Shown: positions 12,753-26,262 of the stretch, piece by piece | Layout of the letters: the number at the start of each line of letters is the position of its first letter | Numbering within the stretch: position 1 is the first letter of the stretch | Origin: Parasitella parasitica NRRL 2501 | Lineage: Eukaryota; Fungi; Mucoromycota | Assembly: GCA_025201805.1 (NCBI GenBank) | Contig: MU619298.1 | Span: 78,647-142,646 of the forward strand | DNA: 64,000 nucleotides | Reading direction: 5' to 3' | Notes under the pieces: generated by a model | What the model was told of the DNA's origin: nothing | Seen by the model: only the letters and a program-made list of their open reading frames with translations | Databases searched by the model: none | Made by a program: the position numbers and the translations under genes

Positions 12753-13063
12753 CAATTATTCTGTATCAAAATTCTTGAAGAAATTGAGAAATTTACAATA
12801 AATCCTCCCCCCCCCTCTCTTGCATGATTTACGAAAAGCAAGCCTATTTGTTCACTAACTAAAACGTTAGCATTATGAAAAAGCTTCAATGTGCATCAAA
12901 TCAAACGGTTACTAGATTTTATTGCAGTTTAATAGCTTTGCAAACATTGTGGAAGTGATCAAAAATATCTGGATTTTAAAAGCTTTGCCCTGATCGGCTC
13001 TGATGTTCCTTGATCTACCAGCCAAAACTTGAGCTTTTCATTTCATGTATATTGAGACGTAAG

Positions 13064-13730
13064 TTAAAAGGGAGGTGGCACAGATTGAGACATAGAGTTA
13101 AAGGAGGGAGGCATAGATTGAGATATAGAGTTAAAGGAAGGTGGTGTAGGATAAGAGGGGTATATAGATTGATGATTTTGTGGGATATTTATTATAAGTA
13201 TGTTTGAAGGGAGGAATGGCATTAGTTGATGTCTGTATTCGAGGCAGAGAAAGCTCTGGTTATTTTTTTTGCTGTTTGAGGGGTTTCCAGAAGAAAAGGA
13301 AGGACAGTTGGTAATTGGAAATTGCAAGTAGTCGTTGGCATGCTTTCGCTCTCTACTGTTGTAGTTTAGGATCTTCTCAATAGTGTTAACCTTTTCTTCG
13401 TTGACTTGGAGACAGTTGTAGCGCTTGCTCTAATCTTTTATCTTGTCAAAAGTGCTATTTCAAGCTTTCTGCAGTCTTGTAGAAAATTTTTTACAGAAGA
13501 TATTATTGTTCAATTCTTTAGACCATACAGCAGAAAACTTCTGCCAGTAGATTGATTAATTGATACCACAAACCAGCGAGTCTGTAAGCCTAAGCTTATC
13601 GTAAAATTTCACCTCTTGATTATTATGCACCGGTGTAATCGCATGCTTTGTGTCTTGCATATAGGAAACATAATTGTACCACATGTTCCCAAATTCTGAA
13701 CGAACCTTATATTTTTTTTGAACATCTGAA
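13064..13730 (-). pseudogene. Degenerate transposon-derived ORF fragment, possibly Zisupton/KDZ-like C-terminal region
   Basis: The minus strand reads YNYVSYMQDTKHAITPVHNNQEVKFY...*SIYWQKFSAVWSKELNNNIFCK with stops and frameshifts. A P/S-rich tail with a ~33-bp tandem repeat follows (about 13062-13150). Confidence 0.4.
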
Positions 13731-13829
13731 ATCAATCAATTGACAATGGTTAAAGCGAGAATTGCTCCTTTGTGATTTAGAGAGATAAGCAGACAAAGAT
13801 CCTGTATCAAGGTGGAAAAGATAACGTTA

Positions 13830-14880
13830 CCCAAATTACTTTTAACAGTGGCGAATAACTCGAAAGCCATATGTTAGACCCCAGGATTTTAACAACCTCA
13901 TCAAAAGAAAGTATAACTTGTTCCAAGACAACATTGAGGTCTATTAGGAGCCTCCTGTCTATAAATTTGCAATAGATATCAAGGTAAAAAAAAAAAAAAA
14001 ATACAAGCTTAAAAGTATGGACCAGAAGAGCTGGATATCTGATATTTACGTTCGATCGCTTATGATGGAATCCAAAAAAAATCGAACTTAGATATGTGCT
14101 TGAGAGGTCAGGCAAGACAGAAGACATGTATGTTATATATGAGAAGCTGCGAGATAAGCTCTTTGACCCAGTCTTCAATACACTCATTATCAAAGTACCA
14201 TTAAGAAACCTCCCATTACCCCGGTTATGATTTATTTCTCTCGTGGCCTTTTTCTAGCCAAAGCTCTTCAGAAGAAAGCAGTTGATGTGTTATTTTCCTG
14301 AAAAATGGTCTTTTGGGACGAGAATGGCGATTCGGATGTTGCCACTGGTGCTGTAATTTCCGCCATGTACCCTAGCCTTGTCACTGAGCGGATCGCTTTG
14401 AGATCCTTCTCCGTGGAAAGCTACGTTCTTTATACCGATGATAATGGTGTCAGCAACAATGCGGGAGACAATTGGCTAAGAAATTATAGAAAAGGTGCAG
14501 TGACACAGTTATGCGATATTGAGGACAGGGTGGAACTCAACCGATTCTTCGAGTATCAGTTCTCTGATGCTATTTACTTGCGTAAGTTTTGACGATTTTT
14601 CTTTCATATGCAGCTCTACATCATCTTATGCAGAATGACTTTAAATCGAGTCGAACTTGCAAACACATATTACATCCCAATGAAGGAGTTGACGTCCACA
14701 GTCTGTATTTACTCTGGCCTTCCAGAGCTTTCTATTGAGGTAGTCCTCAAGAAGGAAATGCAGAAGCAAACGGTCCAGAAAACAAATTCGTGTATGTGGA
14801 ACTTGAAGTCTATGAAAAAGCGAAGAGTGATGAAAGACAAAAGGCTAAAGAGGCCAAGAAAAGCATTTTTAGCCTTATGA
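13830..14880 (+). pseudogene. Disrupted coding-like sequence of unknown family
   Basis: Successive protein-like segments in different frames (RKPYVRPQDFNNLIKRKY..., ELRYVLERSGKTEDMYVIYEKLRDKLF..., ORF 14305-14592) are broken by stops and frameshifts. Confidence 0.4.
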
Positions 14881-15144
14881 AAAAAAAAAAACTTATTTTA
14901 ATTGTTCTCTTCTACGGTAAAAAACAATATAAGCTCATACGGATGCAGGTACGCAATTGCAAATGTTAAACACTGACAAGCTTTAAATCAACATAACATA
15001 GAAGCAGATCATTGGCCGTTTTTTCATATGTAAACTGTTTCTACCGACAGTGCTTATTTATTCAATCAGAGTTAGACCTATTTGGTGTATCCATCTTCTC
15101 ATTTGTAAGTTTAGGCGATTTTTCCAAACATCGAATGGAGTTGA

Positions 15145-15156
15145 ACGCGGTACGCG
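15145..15156 (+). promoter_or_regulatory. Tandem MCB-like ACGCG cores upstream of dUTPase
   Basis: ACGCGGTACGCG lies about 80-90 bp upstream of the ATG of a DNA-precursor gene. Confidence 0.4.
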
Positions 15157-15235
15157 GTTTTCAAATGCTTTAAAAGGAAATGACAAGAAGAAAAAAAAAA
15201 AAAAAATTTAGCGTATTTACCTCTTCTTAAACCCA

Positions 15236-15922
15236 ATGTCTGCTACCACAATCACTTCTACCGCACAAACCTCCAAGCTATTGATTAAACGTCTGTCCGA
15301 GTTTGCTCAACTCCCTACTAGAGGATCTACCCATGCTGCCGGTTATGACCTGTACTGGTAAGTGTAGGATCATCAGTTCGCAAAACCTGAATTAATGGTT
15401 TCCAAATAAAAACAACAACAACAATAATAATAAAAAATAAAAAAAAAGTGCCCATGATACTGTCATTCCTGCTCAAGATAAGGCTTTAGTGGAGACCGAC
15501 ATCTCTTTAGCAATCCCTGAAGGCCATTATGGCCGTATCGCTCCTCGCTCTGGCTTGGCCTCCAAACATCATATTGATACTGGTGCTGGTGTCATTGACT
15601 CTGATTATCGTGGTCCTTTGAAGGTTCTACTGTTCAATTTTGGCAAAGAAGAGTACAAAGGTAAGGGCAACTCGATTTAGCACGGCTGCCGTATTAAAAA
15701 AAAAATGACCTCTCTTTATATGTATGTATGTATGCATATAGTTGTTCGTGGCGCCAGAATTGCACAATTGATCCTTGAAAGAATTTCAACCCCTGACGTT
15801 GTGGAAGTTGAGGTAAGTTGGTTGTCGTCTCTGATCTACTCTTTTTAACAAACGTTCTGTCCTAGTCATTGGAGGAGTCTGCTCGTGGGGCAAATGGATT
15901 TGGTAGCACAGGATACCATTAA
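15236..15922 (+). CDS. DUT1: dUTP pyrophosphatase
   Basis: Exons 15236-15357, 15449-15660, 15742-15812 and 15866-15922. Motifs [26 protein letters not shown](A)RIAQL and [10 protein letters not shown] are present. Confidence 0.95.
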
Positions 15923-16164
15923 GTTGGATGCCTCTTTATATATAAAATAGAAAGTGTTTTGTAGATTTTTTTTTTTTTTTCTTTATCAATATGGCTGTCA
16001 TGTATTATTAAGCGTGAAATGATGATTTAAACAAATAGATGATAACAAAAGAAAAACAAGTTGTGAACAAAGTGCGAGGGGTGAAATTGCTAAAGAGTAA
16101 AATATGTGCTGTATGTGTGTGTGTATAAAACAAAAGTATATAATTATATGTATATATAAAGTGC

Positions 16165-19052
16165 TTATTTCTTGATATTTACCAACTCCCCTTTGGGTTT
16201 ATCGGAAAGGGCATTCAACAGTAAAGCAGATGCATTTGGCTCTTCCGTCTGATTGATGACTTTATGAACGGTCATGGAACCCAGCTTGTGCGAAGAGAGC
16301 TTGTTTAAATAGGGTAAAAGGCGGGGGCATAATACTCGGTAACGACCTGGAAGTTCAGACGTATCTAAAAACCAAGAAAGTAGTAAAACACCATTGGCAT
16401 TGGTAGTAAGTAAAACGGTATTCTGGACAATGGCAGCTGCGACGTAGACCTGTTGAGAGTACATGTGAGTTATAAAAAGAAAAAAAAAATGTGGGGGAGA
16501 GGGGAAGGTGAATAGCCAACGCGGAGGATCACTCACCTGCTGCTGTTTGGTAACAATGTTATTTTCAAGAATGGCTCGAACAGCACGGGCACCAAATCGA
16601 CCTTGCCCAATCTCCCAGCATTTGTCCACAATGGCATCAAAAATGTACTGGTTTTGCTCTGGCCCTTTGCGCAAACAGCATTGAACGACGTAGTTGCCAA
16701 ATTGATCTAGCAACAGCAATGGAACATAGGGTGCAATGTGCTGACGGACAAGGCGAATTTGTTCGGGCGTGTTTGCAAAGTCAATAATCTTTTGGGCAGC
16801 CCAGGTTCCATTTTTGTGGACGCCAATGGAGGCAAGGAATGGTGCTATTTTTTCGAGCATTTTCAACTTTGTTTGTTCAGAGCAGTGTTCGAATAATTTC
16901 TGGATGACAGTATTGCCAATGTAATCTAAACGCATAAGAAAAAGAAAAAGAAAAATCGGTTATCGTGCACACAAATCAACATGCCAGCGCACACACATAC
17001 CGCTGCATAATTCAACGACTTCAGCTAGGCACTCGCCGGCAATCATTTCAACAACCTCCAAAGTTTGCTGCTCGTCGTTCTCCAACTTTTTTCTCATTTC
17101 ACGCAAACGAAGAGGCTCCAGTTTTCTGTCAGAATTCAACTCTGGAACAGGAGGAATCACAGAGAAATATGCCAGCGGAACTCTGTCCTCTTTCATCTCA
17201 TCCGACAGCTCTTGGCCCAGTTGCTGCATGATCAGGTGTCTTTCCGAGGCGATGGCTGTATATAAGCTAGGCTGTGCAGCTTGCTGGCCTGAAGCATTCA
17301 TCATCATGTTCGTCATCATCATGGCTGTTGCCCATTGCGCGGTTTGATAAGTCTCTGTGCCACTACTGGAATGAGAGGAGGAGGAGATGTTGGCGTTGGC
17401 AGGCACCACAGCTGCATTCGCAGCAGACTGGGTCGAGGTGGAAGCGGCTATGTTGGCTTTAAATGGCAGTGCAGATGGTGGTGTAACCTGGCCGCTAGTA
17501 CCAGGGATTTCTTCGGCTTCATCCGGGTTATTAGGAGGTACTTTTGCAAAGCCTATACGAACAGCGCCGGTTCCAGGGCCAAGGATCTCTTTGTTCTGAA
17601 GCGCTTTCCGAGCACGAACGGCATCTTCTTGATGATCAAAATTGATAAACCCACAGTTTTTGTGCGACAATACACGTACAGATTCAATGGCACCAAATGC
17701 TTGAAAGATGGAACGAAGAATAGCAGGATTCATGTTTGCTGGAATATTACCCACCCCTACATTTTGTTTGTTAGTTCAGCCCTTACTTGAGAAGATCCTC
17801 CGCAAAATGTCCTACTTACACAAAGCACGAGTAGGCCCTTGAGCGTTTGGACCAGCTTCATTCGTCAATGCCATGGCCAAGTTTACGTCTGCCTTACCAA
17901 ACCCAACTCGGACAGGAGTGCCGCCTAATTTAGAGCCTAGTCTCACTTCCAAATCATTCTTGGCTGCCACTGCGGATTCCTTTGTGCTGAAATTAACAAA
18001 CGCGCATTCCTTGTCAGAGAGAATCCTGGCGCTTTCCACTTGTCCGTAGGCAGAAAAGAATTGAACGAGGTCGGGGACGCTGATACTAGGGTTGATGTTA
18101 CCCAGCCATAATGCGCGGGAGGGTATTTGCGCTTGAGCAGATGTGGGCGAATCTGCGCCATCAGGCTGGTCGTAATAGTCTTGCTCTTCATCCAAGCTAT
18201 ACACGTGGTCTATGTTCATGTCAAGCAGGTTGCTGCTGCTACGAGAGGGTCGGAGTGATGCTTCAGGCTGAACTTGCTGCATCCTTAAGCGAGTCGGAGG
18301 CACTGGTGCATTAGGCGACGCTGCGGGCTGCGACATATCAAAGGGCGAAAACGAATCCGCCATTCCCAAACTTATTGCTCGGGGACGATGTAGTACGCTT
18401 GATCTTGTGTGCGGGGAGAACGGGCTGAACGGCATTCTGGGGTTGCTCATTTCATTCCCAAGCTGCCCTGCTACAGTGTAAGAGCGGCTGCGCGTATGTA
18501 TGCTATGATCCTGGTGGCCGTAATCGCTATTGTTTTCGTCATCAAGGCCCAAAGATGCCAACGTCGATGCGATTGTATTGGAGGCGTTTTCATCGATGGG
18601 ACTTGGCGGATCGTACGAGTTGTAAACAGAACTGTAAGGGGCTTTATCATAGCCTACACTGGGCAGCGTAACCGATCCAGAGCGGTGACGAGACGGAAGC
18701 ATAGGATTGCTTTGGGCATTGTCGTTCATGTGACTCATGGCAAACATGTCGTTTGCATAAGAGAACGGGGAGGATTGGGTAGGCATTGTGTCTGCACGCG
18801 ATCTTCTTAGAGGAGACTCCAATGGCTGATTAAACGATACGCGCGAGACATTCTGGTTGGCTGCGTCCATGTCATTTGGTAGCCTATTTTCATGTTAGCT
18901 GAACCGCTTCAAAGTTAAAGCAAAAGACATCTTACGCCCGTGATTACCTGACAGGAGCTAGAGGTGGTGCGTTTGCCGGCTTTTGCAGCAAATTCGGGTG
19001 TTTACGAGGATTTTGTCCGTCGTTTACCCAAGTAAAATCCATGTAAACTTGT
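16165..19052 (-). CDS. Jsn1/Puf1-Puf2-like RNA-binding protein (two RRMs + Pumilio repeats)
   Basis: RRMs: SRALWLGNI..CAFVNF and RAL(W)..GNI..CGFINF. Puf repeats: DYIGNTVIQKLFE, HKNGTWAAQKII and DQFGNYVVQCCL. Probable first exon MDFTWV from 19052 with intron about 18884-18947. The 3' end is slightly uncertain. Confidence 0.88.
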
Positions 19053-19918
19053 TGAAAGAGGTAACGAGCAAAGAAAAGGATGAAATCATTGAAAAAGGCC
19101 ACACGAAACCTTTTGAAAAAAAAAAATGTGACAGCAAAGTGTAGATAGTGGAATACTGCACTTTCAAAGAAACCACAGCATGGTTTAAAAATTTATCCCA
19201 GGCCTTGTGTTGACATGCACACACCCCAAAGTTCAGTGCTAGGCTGAGAAAACACATGGAGCAATAATCAGGCACTTTTATGCCATCAGCAAGCCTCTGA
19301 TGCGGATTTACTACTACCGCATGTCTGCATATAAACTTATTCGTCGAAAATGACATTTGTTTACACGACCAATGTACAGCACACACACAATTGGAGGAGC
19401 TTTTTTGAGCCATCCATGAGCTATTATACACTGCCAACGGTTCCGACTACTCTGCAGCATTGTGCAAACACTGCAATGGCTAATTGGGACATATGGATAT
19501 GCTCAAGTTTGCAGATTCATGCTTCACATTGGGTTTTCTCAAAAATCATCCCTAAAGCGCACACATAGTGTGGATACCTACTTGTGGAAAACTTCAAATG
19601 CACATGACAGCATCCGTCTACGTGCCCCCTTTTGCAACTAGTAAATCCAGGTAAAGCATGATGGCATCCATGCTAAAACTTTCAATAATATTGCACAAAG
19701 ACAGACTAACCACTGCTGCTCTCGGCCATCTCATCGGGCCAAGTGCTGGATTGAATCGACCAGATCAGAACCAATCAACTGTGTCGTGACGTCTGCTATA
19801 ATCATTTAATGGCTATTTGTCATGAGTTTTTCTCACCCAAAAAAGAGTCTTTGTTTATCCCTCTTACAAATATTCCCCCCCCCCTTCCTCTCTTCTTCAT
19901 TTTCATTACTACAGCACA

Positions 19919-21258
19919 ATGCCTTCTCCTCCCAAACCTTGGGAAGTAAACAACAATAACGGAACAGCTGTCGTCACCTCACCCGCAGCGGCAGTGTCGC
20001 TAACATCTAGCGCTCCAGATTTACCAGCTCGCACTTCAACATTGGCCGACGCTTCTTCGATTACTACGCCTGCTAGACCTGCCAGTAACTATTTTTTCTG
20101 TTGATAATAATGAATCAGCACAGTGCTAATTATTGTGAATTAGGTTATGGCTCAACCGGATATGGTTCAACCGGATATGGCTCAACTGGATATGGCTCAA
20201 CTGGATATGGCTCAACTGGGTATGGCTCCATGGGCTATGGCTCATCAGGCTATGGCTCATCAGGCTATGGGTCTATGGGAGGCTACGGCTCAACAGGCTA
20301 TGGTGGATATGGTTCTTACGGTCGCTATGGTAGCTCTTACGGAGGCTACGGCAGCAGCTATGGAGGCGGTTACGGCGGTGGTTACGGCATGAATCGCTAT
20401 GGTGGTGGTGGTGGGTTCGGCAGAATGGGAGGTCCAGGTGGTCCAGATGAAATGGGACTAACTCAGCGAATGGAAATGGGCACCCGTCCTGCCTTTGAGG
20501 TTGTCGAAAACATTGTTGGATCATTCGGCGGTTTTGCTCAAATGCTGGAGTCTACATTCATGGCTACACATTCCAGTTTTATGGCAATGGTTGGCGTTGC
20601 CGAACAGCTTGGATTCCTCAGAAATTATCTTGGCCAAGTATTCAGTCTGTTGGCAATTTACCGCTTTGTCAGAAGAATCGTGGATAAAGTCACTGGTCGC
20701 ACGCCTGTAGGCAAGCCAATGGAGATGAATTTGATGGAATTCCAGAATTTCGAAGGCAAAGCAGCTTCCAGTGGTCCCAAAATGTCTCGAAAGCCACTGA
20801 TTATTTTCTTCCTGATGGTCGTGGGCCTTCCCTACATGATGCATAAACTAATCAAATTGATATCTGCTACACAACAAAAGCAAATGGCTTTACAAGGCGT
20901 GCCTGGTGCTCCCAATAATGCTGCTGCTGCCGCTACCATCGACCCTGCAAAGCTTGAGTTTGCCCGTGCCATGTACGACTTCACTGCCGAGTCTCAAACA
21001 GAGTTGAATCTTAAAAAGGGTGATATTGTAGCCATCATCTCAAAGGTGGACCCAACTACAAATGCCACAAGTCAGTGGTGGCGTGGTCGCCTACGAGAAG
21101 GCACAATGGGTATGTTCCCTGCCAACTATGTGGAGATTATTCAAAAGGGTGGTCCTGCGAACAATGATGCCATAGATGATGCTACAAATGCTTTGAAAGA
21201 AGCAGCGCCAGCAGCAATTACGACATCCCCAGAAACACAACCCACAAAATTAGTCTGA
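19919..21258 (+). CDS. PEX13: Peroxin Pex13 (YG-rich region, TM segments, C-terminal SH3)
   Basis: N-terminal MPSPPKPWE, intron 20085-20143, GYGST repeats, GGFAQMLESTFMATHSSF and SH3 ARAMYDF...WWRG...GMFPANYV. Confidence 0.95.
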
Positions 21259-22465
21259 GAACTATAGCTATTTATTATGATTATCCTTATTATTATTATT
21301 CCCTTTTTCCTCTTTTCTGCCTCATCATCATTTCTATGTGTCCTGCCTGTGTAAATATATTTCCATCAGCAAATTTCAATAAACATCATTTGCACAACAT
21401 TTTCTGTTTATGTTTAAATGGGGTACTTTGTTAGAGATGCATTTCACAAGATCTTGCAACGCTGCTTTTGCTCCAATTATTTTAAATAAAGGCGATTACC
21501 GTTAGCATGAAAAAGTCCACGCTTCAACAAGTTTTACGAAATCAAATTGTAGGCGGCTGGAAAAGGACACCTTCTTCTCCCAGCAAATGATATCGTAATG
21601 AGCAAAGATGCCTTCAAAACAAAACAGCAATTCATAACCTGTAGTTTCGCCATCTGGTGTATTATTGACTAGAAAAAATTTCTGATAAAAGTTGATCGAC
21701 TTGAAACGATTTTCTGTATTGAGGATCTACAAGGGAAAATGAGTGGAGAAATCACTCGACCTCATATTTTGCTACAAAAAATGTACAAGACAAAAAGATG
21801 TGAGTATAATTGCTATTTTAGATGTTTTGCTAAAGCATAAAAGTCGCAAGTCCTAGACTTTTTGGTCACCAAAAATAAGTCGAAGCTTCCTCCAAAAAAA
21901 AAAGAGAGAGAAAAGTATTTGACAGTTCACTTTTTGCTGCTCGCCCTGGTTTAGATGAGGAGATGTTACGAAATACCTCGTAACAATAAACTACACAGAA
22001 TAGTTGTATAGTATTTGTTGCTTTAGCCTTTGTTGGGGCCACCGTGTTTTTAGCATCACGCAAAAAACTAGTTGTTAATTTTACACGCATTTCAATGCTA
22101 TCAAGAAATACGAGCTTACTGATTTATCTCGGTATTCTACTACATACTGCGTTTGCCTTTTATCATCAGATTATTCCCTGTAGTAAATATATTTTGTATG
22201 CCAAAGTGTTTATTAATTTTATTAAAGTACTTGTGTATTATGTATAATAGTTATAGTCATAAAGAGTCAGATCATTGCAATTATTGTTTACATTGAGAAA
22301 AAAATTAATTTGAGGTTGGTTTTCTATAATTATACTAACTGTGCTTGCACTGGCTGCATAAAAGATACATGCACACGAACGGTGCTGTATATATAAAGGA
22401 TACCATAGCTATTTTTGGAACGTATGCAGCATCTTATACAATCACGACGACGAGGCAATGGTAAA

Positions 22466-22655
22466 TCATTCTTGTTTTTTCTTTGCACCTCCATTTATGC
22501 AGGTTGACAACAGTTTGTTCCATTTTTTACTAATTGAATGGAGCATTGAGTGAGAGGATTTTTCTGCTACTAGATCTCTGTTTAACAAATCCGAATCTGA
22601 TCTTCTTCTATGGATTGTTTTGTTTTGTTGATGTTGTTGATGTTGTTGATGTTGT

Positions 22656-22702
<47 letters not shown>

Positions 22703-23673
22703 TTGTTGTTGTTGTTGTTGTTGTTGAGCTGTACGTCCAAGTAAAGGTAGGGATAGACGATGAAGTGTTTTGTATTTATTATTATGATGCAACTCTGCAC
22801 TATCGGCACAACCATCCTCGTCTTCCGGAAGGGGCTCTACTGGGGAATACTTTAATGGCTTAGGGGGGTATTGAGTAATAATGGGTGGCTGAATAGGGTT
22901 TCTACTGGCTGTCGATTTGCTGCTAACGCCAGGTTGGATATTAATGGTTGTATTGATCCTTATTTTCGACAACTGTTGCGATGGCAACGGTGGCGGCTGT
23001 TGATGGCGTGAAATAGATAATGTGGAGGTGTTGTTTTTGAATACGTCCTGTGCATGATGTCTCTTTCTTTTCTTTTCCAGGGTCCAAGAATTAAAAAGTG
23101 ATGCACCTGGCTGATCGACTATGTGCTGCTGCTGCTGCTGCTGCTTTTGTTGTTGCCGCTGCTGCTGCTGCTGCTGCTCGTTATGATGGTGGAGAAATCC
23201 TTCGTTAAACTTGTTTCTGAGGTACATGGATGATTTTCGCAACAAATCACCGGCTGATCGGCGTCGGCTGTTGTTGTTTTTTTTGCTGCCCTGAACTTCA
23301 TGTCGTTCCTGTTCTATAAATACTTGGCTGTTTGCGCTTTCTCCCGTTGCCGTTGATTCCGTTGAATGCGAATGGGCTGAGCTTGACACTGATCTTTGCA
23401 TTGCAACAGGCTCAGGTGCTAGCTTGGGACTCTACATAATCGACATGTTAGCGGTAATGAATAAAGCATTGGCAATGAATGACCCTATACTTGTTGCTGC
23501 TGATGAATGCTGTCCTCAATTGAGAAAGACCTCTTGTCTTTTTTATGCAATAACTCAAGTTGGTAGAGTAGATCTTTTGAAAATGAATCGTGAGATGTGA
23601 TGGATAAACCGCTTGGCATAGGCAGCCATTCACAGTCTGCTGCTGTTGCAACACAGCTATTTTCTAGGCTCAT
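22466..23673 (-). CDS. Uncharacterised Gln-rich disordered protein
   Basis: Exon 23673-23491 joins in phase 0 via intron 23490-23432 (GCTAAC branch point) to the 311-aa ORF. It has CAG/CAA polyQ tracts and RRRSAGD/RRRSDSD motifs. Confidence 0.7.
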
Positions 23674-24194
23674 GGACACTCGGGTGTTTGGTGTGTGGAT
23701 GATCAGGGAATAAATGCAAGGAAAAACCAAAAAAACTTCATCTACACCAACAGTTCCCAACAGGCCCTCCACCATGGGTGCCATGGGCTTAGGAGGATTA
23801 GGCTCAAGTTATGGAAAAAAAAAAAAAAAAGAAAACAAAAAAAAAAAAAAAAAAAAAAAAAAATAGGAAAGAGAGAAAGAGAAAAACTTGATATACCTAG
23901 AATAAAATCAGTTTATTCATCAGGCTATCAAAATAAAAGGGGAAAGAGAGCGAGAGAGAGAGAGAAATTGGCAAGTAGGAGGGTGGCAGAAGTAGGAGGA
24001 GGATCTAGAGACAATAACAGATTTTTTCCAGCAAGATGACAACGATATATCAACGTAATCACTCCAAATGTCATGCTTGCACGTGTAAAATTGCTTTTCG
24101 CCACCATAAATAGAACTTGATAACGTTTTTATTTGTTCAAATGGTACGGATTAAATTAGTGTTATATAGATATTTAAATACATTTCCAGTCATT

Positions 24195-25160
<966 letters not shown>

Positions 25161-25322
25161 TTTATAAATTCACTATTGCAAGTTTCAGCCGAAATGTAAA
25201 AAAAAAAAAAGAAAGAAAAAGTCGAAGAAAAAAAAGAAAAAAGATTTTGTTACTCTTGATCAATAAATTAGGGTTCCGAAGGATCTCTTTTGTAGAGATT
25301 CTCTTTCTCTCTTCCCATAAAT

Positions 25323-26171
25323 ATGTCGCACATTCCCAGGAAAGCGCTTATATTCTACTGTCCGTTTGCAAGGCCATCTATCCATGTTCCAAACATTGAC
25401 CAAGCCGCAAGCAGAGGGTGTTCAGGGCAAATTGCTCTCGAGATAGAGCCTGTCGGTAAGCATCTACCAATGCATCTACACAGAGGCTATATTCTGATTC
25501 ACACTTGGATTCAGACCAAACTGTGGCTCAACTTTTGGGCTTATTCGGTGCTGTTGATATCAAATCCGAATTCAAACAGAGGTTTTTTTTTTTTTGCTTT
25601 TTTTTTTATACATTTGGGAGTGCTACAACATTTGATCTCACATAATTCACATCGTAGATTTAATGACATGTCATTGGCCATCGTGTCCAATGATCTTGAC
25701 ACTATCCGGATAGCAAATTTACTCGGCTGCCATCATGAATACGTCTCAAAAGAACTGCAGATTGATCAATTGCCTTTCGATGTCATATTTGTAGATTTCT
25801 CAGGCTTTGACAGCCATAATGCGTGGTACACAATGAATACATTATCAGGTCAAAATTGCAGATTGGATGCAATTCAATGCATCGTGTCCTGTAGCGTAGA
25901 GAATAATACGCCCGAAAGCAACCCCCAGTGGTGGGATTTAATTAGGCCCCGTCAAAGCCATCTCATGAAGAATGGTAGAACATTAGAGGCAGTGCAGGAA
26001 AAGACACTCATCTATTCGTATTTCCACTTGGGATCGTCCAGACAAGACAGCACTTTAACATTTACCGAGCAAGACATCAAATCCAACGGGTGTAACGGTG
26101 TCATTCTGGCATGGCATTTACTAGCTGAAATAGGACACAAATTAGGACATGTGCCCAAATACGGTGCCTAG
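25323..26171 (+). CDS. Conserved uncharacterised protein ending ...AEIGHKLGHVPKYGA
   Basis: Introns 25456-25514 and 25582-25657 give a coherent frame. The C-terminal RQD...FTE...G...KYGA resembles the tail of apgM-type phosphoglycerate mutase-like proteins. Confidence 0.7.
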   Translation: MSHIPRKALIFYCPFARPSIHVPNIDQAASRGCSGQIALEIEPVGKHLPMHLHRGYILIHTWIQTKLWLNFWAYSVLLISNPNSNRGFFFFAFFFIHLGVLQHLISHNSHRRFNDMSLAIVSNDLDTIRIANLLGCHHEYVSKELQIDQLPFDVIFVDFSGFDSHNAWYTMNTLSGQNCRLDAIQCIVSCSVENNTPESNPQWWDLIRPRQSHLMKNGRTLEAVQEKTLIYSYFHLGSSRQDSTLTFTEQDIKSNGCNGVILAWHLLAEIGHKLGHVPKYGA

Positions 26172-26262
26172 ATTGAGAAATTATAAATAAAATACAACAT
26201 ATCTTGAGTACGATTCATGATTGTTTTTTCTTTTTACCTTAAAAAAAAAAAAAGAAAGAAAA

